Source: Tubiluchus corallicola (Eukaryota; Animalia; Priapulida). Taken from it: 64,000 nucleotides of DNA. The stretch is taken from the NCBI GenBank assembly GCA_030141605.1, contig JAQGDQ010000257.1:245897-309896 (forward strand). Reading direction: 5' to 3'. Numbering within the stretch: position 1 is the stretch's first letter; every line of letters begins with the position of its first letter. The notes under the pieces are model-generated. The model was not told the origin of the DNA and did no database searches. It saw only the letters and a list, made by a program, of their open reading frames with translations. Shown here in pieces: positions 13,701-27,943 of the stretch. A program made the translations under genes and the position numbers.

Positions 13701-16700
13701 TGAATAACTTTATTCTCTTGACAGAGAGTATTCTTGCCCGACAGCTATAGCAGGAATCCACAGCATGGCTGCATGCTGCTATAATGACTTTGAGGAAGCT
13801 CATATCTGTCAACTCTTCATGTAAATGTACCCAGGGTCTCATTTTAGCATCAGATCGTTAGATCAGCATGTCGAAGTTACAATCCGTAATTACTGACGCT
13901 CGCTGAATAACTTGACATGAGCTAAAATAAGACTTAATGTACGCGTTTTCACATTATGGGGTTTATTTTGATAACCATAAGACTGGTACACGCCTGTAGT
14001 TGATTAAGTTATAGCCTGTCACTAACACGTCGAATCACCTGATAAAAAGCCAGAAAATAGTTGAAAAGCATCGCTTTGAATCGAGGTTTTCTGTTTTCAG
14101 ACTCGCATGGCGACGACTTGATCACAAATTAATTGCAAACATAATTAAGTACGAAAGCCCCAATCACAAACAACAAAGCCATTCACGTGTAGCACCAAAA
14201 AGAATTGTTGTATAGTTTAAAATTTACTTGTACGTCGAAAAATATAACAACACACCCCAATTTACTTTTATATTATATTGGCTGTGACTATATGAAACGC
14301 ATCGATTCGTATCTAGAAAAACTGTGAAAATTTGCTTTTTGTTGTTTTACTTAAATTAATTCATGTACCAAATATTGGCTATCATAATTGGCGAGTAAAT
14401 TTCAGTTGCGTTGTCCCAACAAGGAGTCTATAGCGATAGGAATGCACGTGGAGTTATTTTTTCTGTTTAATCAAGCCTTGTCATACCCATTAAGTGCTTA
14501 CCACAACACTGCAGGACTGAATTCATTTATATAAAAAAATTAAAGACCAAGGTAGCTAGAGTAAAGAGAACCTGTTAAATTATGTTAAAAGCATTAGATT
14601 ATGATAAATAATTATGTTGATGAATGCTGGTATGAAGCCAGTTAATGAGTGGTGTCACGTGAGTAAGTGATTCAGAATCGAGGTGTCGAAGCTCCGCGCA
14701 CGATATATAAGCCGTGCGATGCGTCCAGCTGAGGAAGAATTAGAATTAGACTGAGTCTGGGACCTGGAGCAGAGCAGTTAGATCAGGGGCTTGGCATTAC
14801 TATCTGTTATACTTATTGTGGTTGATGTTTAATAAACGTGTCGTTTTATAATCAGACTCTTCATAGCTTTGCCATTCCTCAAGCACCAATAAGCAGCTAC
14901 ACACAACCAATACAACTCACTATCCACTATACAACGAAATTATTTTTACTGCTAGCTACATTGCCGTTTTCCTGTGAAATTGGTGAGAATAGAATAGATT
15001 TCGGTTTCCTTTGTATAGCCTGTATTTTTACCGAGTGGCAAAAACTAATAACCTGCGGTGCTGTAAAACTCACACCTGACAACAAACAGACCAGCTGTGG
15101 TTTCCAACCTTGCATTCAATCAGTCTAAAGATCTTTTAGGGCGCTAAGAACCTTAAAGACTTGCTAAGCTTCAAGTTAAGACTCATTTTACCTTTACTTG
15201 CAAACAAAGGTTGAACTTGAGGTTGAGCTAAGCGGGATAATGATGCATATTATCTGCATAGGCGTCGGAGCTAATTCAACGAAGTATGATTCTTTCCTAT
15301 AAAGTCATTAATGGTTGAGAAAGAAAGGCTGCATTGTACTTTAATGGCGTTTTTCAGTCACTAAAATTGGCAAATTTTCGAAATCTGGTCTCGCTTGAGC
15401 TCCTACTTGTAAATATTTACACCCCCAGTTTAATGCATTTGGCACAACAACTGTTTTGATATACTGTGCAAAATTTTGTAAATGTTGACTTAGTCAGGAA
15501 CACATGTTATTTTATTCAGGACAAAACATTTGCAAAAACTTAAAATTTATGCTCGCTTAATTATATTTTGCAATATTCGTCATTATACTGACCCGCACTC
15601 GTCTTCTTATTGCAACTACTGTATAACATTTTGTTCGCGCTTAATAAATCAGGCTTGAGCATGGTAAGCGTGCATTTTGTTACTCTCGGGGGCCGTGCTT
15701 TGGAATATTCTCCCAAAGTATATGAAAGACGCACCATCTTTAGATACTTTCAAAGATTTGCTCACACTTTTTTTTGTGTCAGATATGTGAGCCTAGTGTC
15801 AGATATAATTTACAGTTATTTATCTTGTTACTTAATTTATTTTGTAATAAACTAAATTTTATGTTTTTATAAAGCTAGTTATGATTATACTAACTACCTG
15901 ATAATTATTTTAATGCGTTAGACAATCGTAAACGTATACTGTTGTAATGTGTTTGAATCAGTGATTTGTATGTATATACCTTTATATAAGTATATATATA
16001 TGTGTGTGTGTGTGAGTGCCTCCTTAGAAATGAGTGCTAACTACTAAAGGAGCTACCTCATAAAATATTACTATAAAAAAATAAATTAAATAAATAAATT
16101 TGCCAGGTTTGCAAAATTGTCATTGTTGACCTCTTATAAAGTGCTGATATTTTTGCATAAAAATAAATTTTATGATACAAACTTAAGACATATTGGTCAA
16201 GTATAATCGCAATTATTCTCCCTTTAAATGTTGACCTCTTTAAAATCATAGTTCTGATGACAAATATAAGCCCATGTACACTTGGTTTGTTCGATTAATA
16301 AATTCCATTTAACGGATTATAATTTAACACTCCCTCTAGGATGTTAACGCATACCAAAGGAATGACAAGTTTCGTGCCTCCATGGCAGTGTATGTATGCA
16401 TTAACAGATGTTAGTAGATTTCCCGACAGATTAGTCCGGATTTCGGGGATTTAGCTTACGTAAGTTAATCCGACATATTGCATAATGTTGGGCTTATGTG
16501 TTGCAAATGTATCCGGTTAAATATGAAAAGCGGCGCGTTCCGAAACGGAAATAGATCGTGTCAACTGATATAAAAACATTGATCGACTTTGCATCGGAGT
16601 CGAAGAAGCCGTGAATTGTAAATACATTTTCTTTGTGAATAGGTTTTCTTTGTGAATAGGTTATAACTGAACGTGACAGCATAAATGATCGGTTTGTTTA

Positions 16701-19700
16701 TATTGTTTGGACAAAAACATAACTTTGTCACCTGCTCATCAACACTGCAGCTGGTATGTCCGTCTTGCCGCTACTGTATTTGCTTTAAAGGCTGCTTCTT
16801 CTTCTTCTTCTTCCTATTCTTCTTCTTCCCAGCTTTTCCCTATGCGGGGTCGCCGTTGTGAATGAGCCTGCTATCAGGCCTAAAAGATTCTATGCATTAT
16901 AACTTTAGACATAGTTCAGCATCCTGCAGTCAGTTTGTAGTACTAAACAGCAGTCTCCTTACCATATTGGTGGTAGTAGTGGTAAAATTGGTGGCAGGAT
17001 AGGAATGTAGCTCATTGTAAAAGTAATCCTCTAAATCTTCATACTGATACTTCATACTAAACGGGATAAATTATTTGGGGGCAGTATTGCATGAGAACAG
17101 CCCAAAAATGATTCTCCTGACGGTCAACAATTGATTTACGAGCCCAGTGTTGCTTAACTTTAGCTGCAGTTAAGCAGCTGATCATTCACCTATATACCCA
17201 GCTGTTACAGTTGGTGCTAAAAATTCGTTGTTGTAAGCTTACCTAGTATAGTTTCTAGTATAGTACCTAGTTTCAGCATTTTGGTGCTAAGAGATGATGA
17301 AGGTAACAGATTTGAAAACCCTTGTAAAAAAGACAAACTTCGTAACAATAATAAATTATTTGAAAAAAAATTGGTTTCTATATGCAAAAGTTTCTGGAAG
17401 TCGTCTGAGGCACTTAATGCTATAATATATGTATCATATGTACACCTGATAAATCGTGACGTTCAGTGACATTGTCATTTTCAGATGAAATACTTGAGTT
17501 GTAAAGTCCTCCATTAGTTTAATGTACGGAATGCGTCTCTAGAGGTTTCTTACCCTTGTGCTGGAGAACGCCGTGCGAAACCACTTCCACATGTTTGCAT
17601 AATACTTCTACGTAATGTTTATAAATCTACAGCGTCGTGTTGGTCGTAAATTTATTGCCCATCTTAAAGTTATTTACTAGCAAATTTCGTGAAACACGGA
17701 AAAAGTGGCTCCGCATTTGATAAGCATCCGCCTCTTTGTGGGAAGAATTGTAGACCGTTTCCCCATCCGTAAGCATGTATATTTTTCACATTTGTTTTAT
17801 TCACATTCAAGTATGAAACTCCCAGTTTAAATTTCAGTTGCAAAAATAGTGATTGGCCGACACATTATATATCAGTAAATGTATGAATCTCCATATACAA
17901 AAAGTATGAATCTCCATACACAAAAATGTATGAACATGTATACTGGTAATGCAATTTTTGCTTATCTTAGTCATGGAAAATCAATATTTGGTCAGGGAAA
18001 AGTCAGGGAAATTTACTTTGAAATTCTTTGGGAACTCTGTGACTATAATTCTACTTAATTGGAGACAAATACATAATAACATTGGGTAACCAGAAAAAAC
18101 TATAGTTCAAGAAGACGTTACTAAAATGACATATCAAGAACAACAAAGTTAAAATAAAAGCAATGTGCTATATAGTTAAGTACACCAATTCTGTGCCTAT
18201 GTATTACTGTCATGAAAAAATACAATACTATAGAGAACAAGTCTGCCAATAATCTCTAATTATGTTTTGGTAGAAACATGATTAATTTTTGCTTGACGAA
18301 AGACAGTGTCCTAGACTCAAAACAACGTTACTCAATCCGTAAATAACTTCAATACATCATAACAAGTACACAGATATAAGACTGTTAAATTATAAAAAAA
18401 AAGTGTTGTGAACATCCACCCCGTCTGCTAATTCATAAATTGGATTAGACAGCCATCATATGAATGAGCCGAAGCCAGTTATTTGCACGTGTTGCGCAAT
18501 CTTTACTGTTCTTTTATGTAAGCCGCAGACTATGTATCGAGTTCGTGAAGTCTGTTAACTCGCCAGCGCATATGGTGAGATCTAAGACGATTCTAGGCAA
18601 AACTGTTAATCATTATGGAAACTTAGTTGAAGTTCAATTACGGGTTCTGTTGCAGTTTTGCATTCCAGTCAGATGATTTTATAGCATAAACTTGTAACTC
18701 AGATTCTAACATAAGAAACGAATTTTTCCGATCGGTCGTGTCGTGCTGTTACCTCAAATTTTGTCATAGGTTCTAGAATTTTTGTGAGACAGCCAGTTTC
18801 TTGCTTTTTTTAATAAAAACATATTGATAAGCTGATGAAGTACTAACCGATCACGCAATGACCTGACAGTCCATGAATAGCACCCTAATTGATGTAAAGG
18901 CGATTCGGATATAACACTTACAATCACAAATAAATAATACAGTCAGAACTACGGCCAAATCACGTTGAAAATACCGGTTCTCGTCTTATCACCGAAGTTA
19001 AGCAACGTAGAGCCTGGTTAGTACTTGGATGGATGACCGCCTAGGAATACCAGGTGCTGTAGCTTTGTGGGATGCCCACACTGTATCTTGACACTAGGCG
19101 GAGGAGCTGCACAAGTAGCCAACGGCTAGAGGGCGGAGGAGGTCAAGTGACCCAACGGCCATGTGTAGAGGAGTAAACCTTCCAAATCAGGAGTGGAGCT
19201 CCGAAGGCGGACCAGTGCAGCATGCTCACTGACTCCGGCAGCTCCTGCAGCCAACCTGGTGCCAAACGTATCGCTCCGCTTTCGTTTGGACTACACCAGC
19301 TAGGAAGAGAGTGGGTTCCTGTTGTCTGGGCAACTCGGGATCTCCATACACCTTGCTCAGGCGTGCGCCCTGGAGACATTCAAGGATCGCACTGCTCAGC
19401 CACAGTCGGCGCTGCAGCTCCATCAATGTGATCAATAACTGACTCTCTTGGCGCACACTCCATTGTCTTCCGAGACAGAAGGATGCCAATCAATACAGTC
19501 AGAAACCTATTAGAAGACTTACCTAGAAAGGTATTTTAAATTAATACCAATTTAGTGGTAAATGAACACAAGTAAAAGCAGAAAACAGAGAAAAAAGAAA
19601 GAAGGCTGTATATATAGCCGATATAGAAGAATGAGAAGAGATCACATATGCCAACTTTTGCGGCTGGCTTCGTGGTTATAGTCCCTGCATGTCAGGTGGA

Positions 19701-20346
19701 GCACTGAAGGCACAGGATGTGTGTGCTTACCAAAGTAATAACATTAAAGAAAATATAAGAAATGTGCAAGTAGTTTGCAGGTCATGGTAAGCTTCGTCAC
19801 GGTTTATAACAGCCACGTGTTGCCTGACCTGCACTAGATTCTAACCGTAGCTCAATGGCTCTGATGTAGGTTGGGCTCTCCTCCCACAAACAAAGTGTTA
19901 GCACACAAAGCAACGTATTGAGCTATTAATGTTAATTTTATTACTGAACATTGCCCTGGCGACATCATTGAATTTTGCAAAAATGAGCTTCAGTGGGTTT
20001 GGAGTGATGAGTGCATGGAACCGCCCCGATGTGGGTGAATGATCACACGTGTGGTTTCAACAAGCTGTTGAAGGATAAGCTGAGCACTCAGGAGCCAGCC
20101 AAGATGTTCTAGAGGTAGCGATTGAGTATCATGTGTTGGTTTGACTGATTTGTTATTTTCTACTTTGCACCTTTTGTAGCATCACTTGTCTTCACTAAAG
20201 GTGAAACCATTGTTATTTTTATCTTGATAGTGGTGGTGGAACGGCAACAACAGCTGCAATGATGATGATGATGATGATGATGACGTTGATGATGATGATG
20301 ATGATGATGACGTTGATGATGATGATGATGATGATGATGATGACGT

Positions 20347-20385
<39 letters not shown>

Positions 20386-20436
20386 CGTTGATGATGATGA
20401 TGATGATGATGATGATGTTGATGATGATGATGACGT

Positions 20437-20483
<47 letters not shown>

Positions 20484-23400
20484 TATTGAAGTGCTAAAGC
20501 TGGTATTTCTACTGTCGTTGCTTGGAAATCGAAGTTTGCTTTACATTTTCAAGAAGGATTATGGCTCTCAAGCTTTGATCGTAAATAATGTGCATATTTG
20601 CTGCCTGGAACCGCGCATAATAAACGTTTTTGAAATTAGTCGCAGATTTATGGTCGTAAAATATAACATTCATTTCCAGCCGGCTTGGCGTTATGATGTG
20701 AAATTGCACATTAATAATTTAATCATTTACACGTGAGTTTTTAGCTTATGAAGTTATTGGTGGAAGGAAAATTGACACAAATGTTCCAGATGTGTCCGTA
20801 CTAGCTTATATTTAGGCCTAGTAGATGTCTGATGATTCATCCTTATTACATGAGCTCACAGTTTATAATTTGCACGAAATTAAATTTAACTAACAAAAGA
20901 ATCATACAACCCGCAAGTGAATCTGCTAAGATAAAGTGTTTTTCTTGAATGAGAATTTGTTACGACCTGTACAATATTACAGCCAGAGCAAAAACAGGGT
21001 GACCTGTAGATAAGTTTGATTAATGTCGCATCATCATACAGACCCACATTTTACACTTTGCAAAACTTGATGTATTTAGTGATAATTATTGTTACAGCAA
21101 AATAGCAAACTTGCAAAAACTTGCCAGTTTCGTAACAGGTGAACATACGTGTAAATCGTTGTTCAGAATCAAACCGTCAATATTGGAGTGCTAACCAGTA
21201 TAATAGTTTTGCATCCGTCAACCTCAAGGACGCGTGATTTTTTTGTGATTAAAAACGACTTTTGAGCTGTTTCGCCAACATAATCAGGCAAACAAACACG
21301 TTAAAAATTCTGCCAAGATTGTTTCATTAACACCTTGCTATTGTAGAAATTTATTTGACAAAAATAATTGCTTGCAGTGTTTCACAATAACAAAGCCTGT
21401 CAATTCTGTGAAGCAGGAAAACTGGAAAACATTTGTAAACTGAGTGAGTCAGTAGGGGTGAGCATTCTCTACCAAAAAGAGAAATCGAATCGAATTTGCG
21501 ACTTTCGCATTCGAATCGAACCGAATTTCAATATTTCGAATCGAATTCGAATTGACGTTGAAAGATTTTCGAATAAGTTTCCGAACCAGTAGTAAAAAGT
21601 GGTCTTACAAAGATCATGCATATTACTTGATTTTGTTCTGCAGTGAAACCACTATTAATTTGTTAAAAATTTTGCACAGAAACTGCAGCTAAATTATGTT
21701 AATTGTGTGGTATTTCAAACATTTTAATGATAAAGAACGTATGTGGCAGAAGTGCTGAATTATTCGAATCTATAATTTTAGATTCGAATAAAATTTGAAC
21801 ATTCGAACAGAATTCGAACGTTTGAACTCGAACGTTCGACGCTCACCCCAATAGTCAGATGAATGCACTACGGTATTACAAAATTAGAATAAAAGATTAA
21901 AAAAATTGTACCTATAGAAACGTGCTATTATTGGAGAATGATATTAATTCCAGTCGGCCAAATCATGTATATCAAGGTTTTGTTATTATTTGGAGCACAC
22001 GTTCAGTCTCCCGTGGTTTGCATTTACAAGTGGTCATTGGTAAAGAAAACAGTGCCAGTATGCATGACAGCAAGAGACTTGTTGCTCTTCAGGGAAGTTT
22101 GTGTTCTTTTCCTGTCCTACAAATAAACTCAAATCATTCAGTTGGGATGTTTTACGTATGGGGGATCTGACCCAAAGAAGGAACGACGTGCGCCGAAACC
22201 CGTTTCCCAAGAGGTTCCAACAACCTCTGTACAACATAGACAGGAGCAACCTAGTCTACAGAGTTGGCAAGCAGCGTGAATATAATCATCAGCCACATTT
22301 CAATGTTTTAACGTTGTATTTGTGAGCTCAGCATTTTGTAACATTGTAGCGTTGTGAGCTCATTCAATTCTCAACCTTTCTAACGTTAAGACTACATGAG
22401 CTCAATATTTACCTGCATGAATGTGCGCTGGTCAAATAATGCGTGTTATTTAACGAAATTTTGACCTTGGTAAAACTTTCTGGAGTTGTTTGATACTGGG
22501 ACACGCCGTTGAACCTGAGCTCGTTTTGCACAACCTTAATATCTCGGTAGTCTGCTGGCAACAGAGGACGACATATCAAAACGGAAGATAATGGCATTAT
22601 CAGCTTACTCAAAACTCACGAAAGTTTTTGAAAATAGGAAGATTTCTTTGGAAACAAAAATTAGAATATTCTCAGCCTTAGTTGAAACTGTATTTCTGTA
22701 TAACTCTGAGCTCTGGACATTAAAAGCAAATCATAAAACTGAAATCGATGCGTTTCAAAGGCGAAATTACAGAAACATTTTGGGTATTAGATGGCCAAAG
22801 AAAATTTCAAACATGATCTATATGAAAAATAAAAGAAGAACATTGGACAAGAAAAATAAAAAGACGCCGTTTAAGATGAATTGGGCATATGCTTAGACTA
22901 CCTGATGATATTCCAGTGAAGATAGCTCTCCAACAAGCCATAGAAGCAGCTAAAAAATCTGCAGGTGGACAAATGTTAACATATTTAGATTTTGCACAGA
23001 AAGATTTAGTATTGATCCTTAGAAATAAATGTACTTGGGGCATTGCGGCGAGCAGGGAGTCCTGGCATAGGGAGGTGAGCAGAATCATGTCCCTGGACGT
23101 ATGATTCATTGAAGAAGAAAATACGTAATATGGACTCCGTCAGGAAAAAGTGGGCTTGCTGGCGCAGTTACGTAATACCTCATGTAGGTTTATATTACGT
23201 CTATGCTGCGCTGCTTGTTTAGGGTCATTTTTGTTTGGCATAAAAGTTTCATTTTATCATTTTAAAGTTAAAAGGTAAAACCTTTTGCAAGACTTATGAG
23301 AAATAATTTCATGTCTTATGAGAAATAATTTCATGTTATTAAAAAGTCTCTCTGGTCTCATATGCTTAAAAGCTTTAGGAGAGGAATTCGAATACAATAT

Positions 23401-26400
23401 CCATTTTGTAACAGGTGCGCATAACAATAAAAATTAATGCAGTAAATGATTACTTATTTATTTTATCATGATTTATTTGTCAACAGGGACTAAATTACCA
23501 AGTCGCGTTAGGATCCATGTTGATATTTTTTAACCAAACTACCTTTAAACCTGATTGAAATCTACAATCAATTACACTATTGAATGGAATTTAGGCCATG
23601 CATGTAATGGGCACTTTGCTAAAGTTTACCTGTATGCAGTAATCCTGGACTGCCGACCTAGGCTTGCTCCAGCTCTGGAAAAATCTATCCGGGAGATTTG
23701 AGATCAGGTGATCCCTTGACAGCACGTGGGCTTAATTCGCCTTGCGGGTAATGTCACGTAGACGTCAGGGTCACATCCAGCTAACACAGCTAAATCTCAT
23801 AAGTGACACTTTCGTAATAAATTTTGAGCAAACGCGTTAATTACTTAAACACCCTCTGGGTCGAAAAAATAAAACTGTTTCCTTCACAGTAAGCCGCAAG
23901 TGCTTTGCCCTGAGTTAGCTAACAGGATGAAAGACGGAATAAAGCGAGGCTAGATTAATCGGTCATGTAGGTACTGTTTAACAGACTTTCTATACGGTAG
24001 TAATTATATTTGAAGAAGCTGCATTTACACCAAATCACTTGAAAATACATGCACAAACCAAAAGGTAATGAAGTTAATTATTGGCAAAAAATCTGAAAAT
24101 AATCTAAAATATTGAAACCTAATAATAATTTGGGATACATAACAAATGTTTGATAATTGATTATTGATTTGATTTTGATGCCTCATCTGCTCCGTTTTTT
24201 TGTGAGGGTTTTCGGAGAAAAAAGGAAATTTGAACCAATCTAACGTTTATGATTATATACGTGCTACTCGTTTTGGGACGTCCTGTAGATACGTAAGGAC
24301 AGTTGCAGGTATTACATTTCTGTCACCTTCAACTTTAGCTGACATCTTGAGTTAGGTTACTTAAGGTTTATTACCGCGGGCTACATTCATTTTGAGAAAT
24401 TTGCTTGACCTTCAGTCCGGAAATGAGTATCTTTGCTCAGTTGTATACTGCAAATTTTTCAAAAAATCTACGATTCTTACAAATTGTTGATTCTGCATGA
24501 TTCACATGGTTATCAAAATGAACCACAGTAACGCATAATTAATCATTTTTACAATTAATCGTGTAATGTACAATAGTTACATACAAAATCACAACAGTTG
24601 TTAAATTTGAAATAGGATGCAAAACTTTTATAATTCCAAGCTTCTCTTGTAGCCCTTTTGCCTTATTTTTAATTTGATTCAACAAATAACTGCTTAGACA
24701 CACGTCAAAGACACATGTCAAAGCTGGTTCCTCTATACGGCGCCTGAACAATTCGATTAGGAATTGTTTTAATGAAACCTCGTGTACTTATTAGATGCAT
24801 GCATGCAGTTCATTAAGTTTAACACTTTGAACTTCTGAGTGCTTAGTGTGTAATTTGAAACACAGACTGCAACACTGAAAGCGTGTACATTGGCTTCGTG
24901 AACTATAAAGTGTTAACACATGTTTGCAAGGAATGCTCAGATTAACAATGTGGGTAACCGTGCACTTCAGTTATAGATTCACAGTTTCTTATCACACCTA
25001 TATCATTTTTCATCTTGCAGCTTTTACCTTGGCCATATTTGCAATAAAAATAACCGTATGGGCGGGTAGGTTTGACGTATGGGCGTAGCAACTCGTGTTG
25101 TTATTAAAAGCACTATATTTGCGTGAAAATTTTCTAACAGGATCCGCGTCCTGTACTGTTCGGTTAGAAAAATATATTACATCAACATTTCATGCATATA
25201 CTATATGTTACATTCATATTAGTCTGGCTAAATAAATATCTGGACTCTAAAGTCAATATAAGGAAAAATGTTATTGCCTTACGAAAAATGAAAGTTTAAA
25301 GTTTGTCCACCATCAAGGACACGTACATGTACATACAGTTTGCTAATATAAATGTTGCAACAAATGTTTTCCTTCTGGTTGTGTTAAAGGTCAAGCGAAT
25401 CAGACTAACAGACGCAAATGTCAGTGACTAAATGTAGAATTACAAAAGAATCGTCTTGAAAATTTGATGTAATCTACATTTAAAAAAATAAAGAAGTCTA
25501 GATAGAGACTCAAGACCCGATTGGTGGCCTGATACATGACCCATTTTGAAATTTTATGTAATCTACGTTTAAAAAAATAAATAAGTCTAGATAGAGACTC
25601 AAGGCCCGATTGGTAGCCTGATACATGACCCATTTTGAAACTTTATGTAATCTACGTTTAAAAAAATAAAGAAGTCTAGATAGAGACTCAAGACCCGATT
25701 GGTGGCCTGACACATGACCCATTTTGAAATTTTATTTCATTGGTAAAAACTATTTGTTTGCGCCTATTTGTACGTGGAACTGTTGAAACTATTGAATACT
25801 GATGTTTTCGGCACCAGAAAGAAAGTTTTAATATTAAACGACTGAATATCTTTTCGTTTGTTATACAAACTAAGTCGTGTTGTTATTATAGAGTGACTTT
25901 CACAAAGGTAGCTAGTCATAACTATGTGAATCATTAATTATTGTGAAAACTAACTACCATACTTTAGTTTAGAAAAAGTCAATCGATCAGCAAAACATTC
26001 CAAAACAGTTGCTCGAAAAACAGCTGTGACTCAGATGAAGTTACTAAATTAACTGAATATTATAGCAAAGTTACTAAATTAACTGAATATTATATCAAAG
26101 TAACATGATTAGCTTTCTTAGTAGCAAAAAACTTGGCATCGAAGTGGTCATTATCTTATTCTCGGTTGAAGTTGAGCTTTTAAACAATTTTTGTGGATCC
26201 AGGCAAGTTCTCGCCACGGACATCCATTTAATGTCGTAGACACGGAGCTGCAGGTTGTTTCTATGGTAACGGAAAATTTTCAAATTGTCTTATTTGGCTC
26301 CCCTGACGATTATTAATGCTCATTTGGATCTTTCCGGATACTAAAGCCGGCAATAAATTGAAAAGAAAAAAGGAAGCGGCCGTGTGAAATATTGATTAAT

Positions 26401-27764
26401 CTCTGAACGATGAACTGGAACAAGTTGAGAGAGGACGGGGGGGGGGGGGGTACTTACACGTCGTTCATTTTCCCAAGCTTACAAATAAGAGGTGAACTTA
26501 GAAAGTTGCTACACTGTATGTACAACGTTGTGCAATCGCGCAGCATGGAAATATATGCACTCACAGCTAACAAACTTACGTTGCACTAAGCGACAAATTG
26601 ACGTACTCCGTTGAATATACTGTCAGAAAATTAGTTAATTAAAATTAGTTTTCTTTTATTATCATTTCCTCTGAATCTGACGTTGCATAGTGATAGAAAA
26701 TCTCGAAACTAATGTTCCTTCAAATGGCAACAATATAATTTTAGTAGCTGTAAAACACACTCTAGCTTGTTAACTTTATTTTAAATTCAGGAGTGGTTAA
26801 GTATTTAAAAAATAATTGTTTATTTTTTTTAATATTAATTGGCTTCTTAATTGCTGCCATTAATGCCATTTTTCCTGTGCCATTTTCACTAGTGCCATTT
26901 TTACCGTAATTAGTTACGTGGCATAACTTTTTTTTTATTAATGTAATTTACATTATCATGCAGACATTTTAAAATTTACAATGCATATGTATTGTTCACG
27001 GCACAGTAAAATTTGTGCTGTAATTATTCAATTACTCTCAATTTATCTTGTATTCATAGTCACAACAAGAACTGATCGATTCATTAAAACTTGTAACTGT
27101 GCTAAAAGATGAGAAACTTCAAAGAGTTGGCTGAATTGCCGACTGTTTTCCGTCAAATCTGTAAAAAACGTTAAAGTGCTAGTCGAGAAGTCAAGAACGT
27201 TAATCGCCAATCGCGTTAGAACTCAGAACTAGAACTGTTTCTGATTTTTGTCCAGAAATTCGCGGTTTAAGAATACTTCATAAATGTACAGTTTATTGCA
27301 TGGCCTTTATTGTAAGCATGCCTGTCAATTGAAAAGTAGTTAACTAAGCCTTTAAATGTACTCTCTTTCACCTAAGCGTCCGTTGTTTTTCGTTTAGAAC
27401 ATCGTTTGGTTTTAAATCCTGTCAACTAATAATTCTGTGGCTTCCCTGGAAGTGCTGAGGTCAACTTCAAACTCATGCGTTATTCATTGCTTTTAGTAAT
27501 AACTGAAGTAGGTTTGCGGCATATAGCGAAGCTAAACAGAACCCGTGTATGGGTCGAGTACACTCATTACACTTTCATGAACGAATCTACTTTATGTGAA
27601 GTGCTAAACGCAAGCTGCTGTAAAAGCAGCTTGATGCATCAACAAATTCACATTGACGATATCATGCATGATAAAAATTACAACCACCTTCATACTCCTC
27701 CTCCCCCTCTCTCTTTCTTTCTCACTCCCCCTCTCTCTTTCCCTCTCTCCTTCCCCTCTCTCTT

Positions 27765-27840
<76 letters not shown>

Positions 27841-27852
27841 CTCTCCTCTCTC

Positions 27853-27943
<91 letters not shown>

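Noticed and set aside
20004-20090. Candidate C/D snoRNA (GTGATGA ... CTGA) or an extra GALNT exon
   Set aside because: There is no terminal stem in the right register and no recognisable rRNA antisense element. All frames hit stops, and exons 1 and 2 already join in phase.
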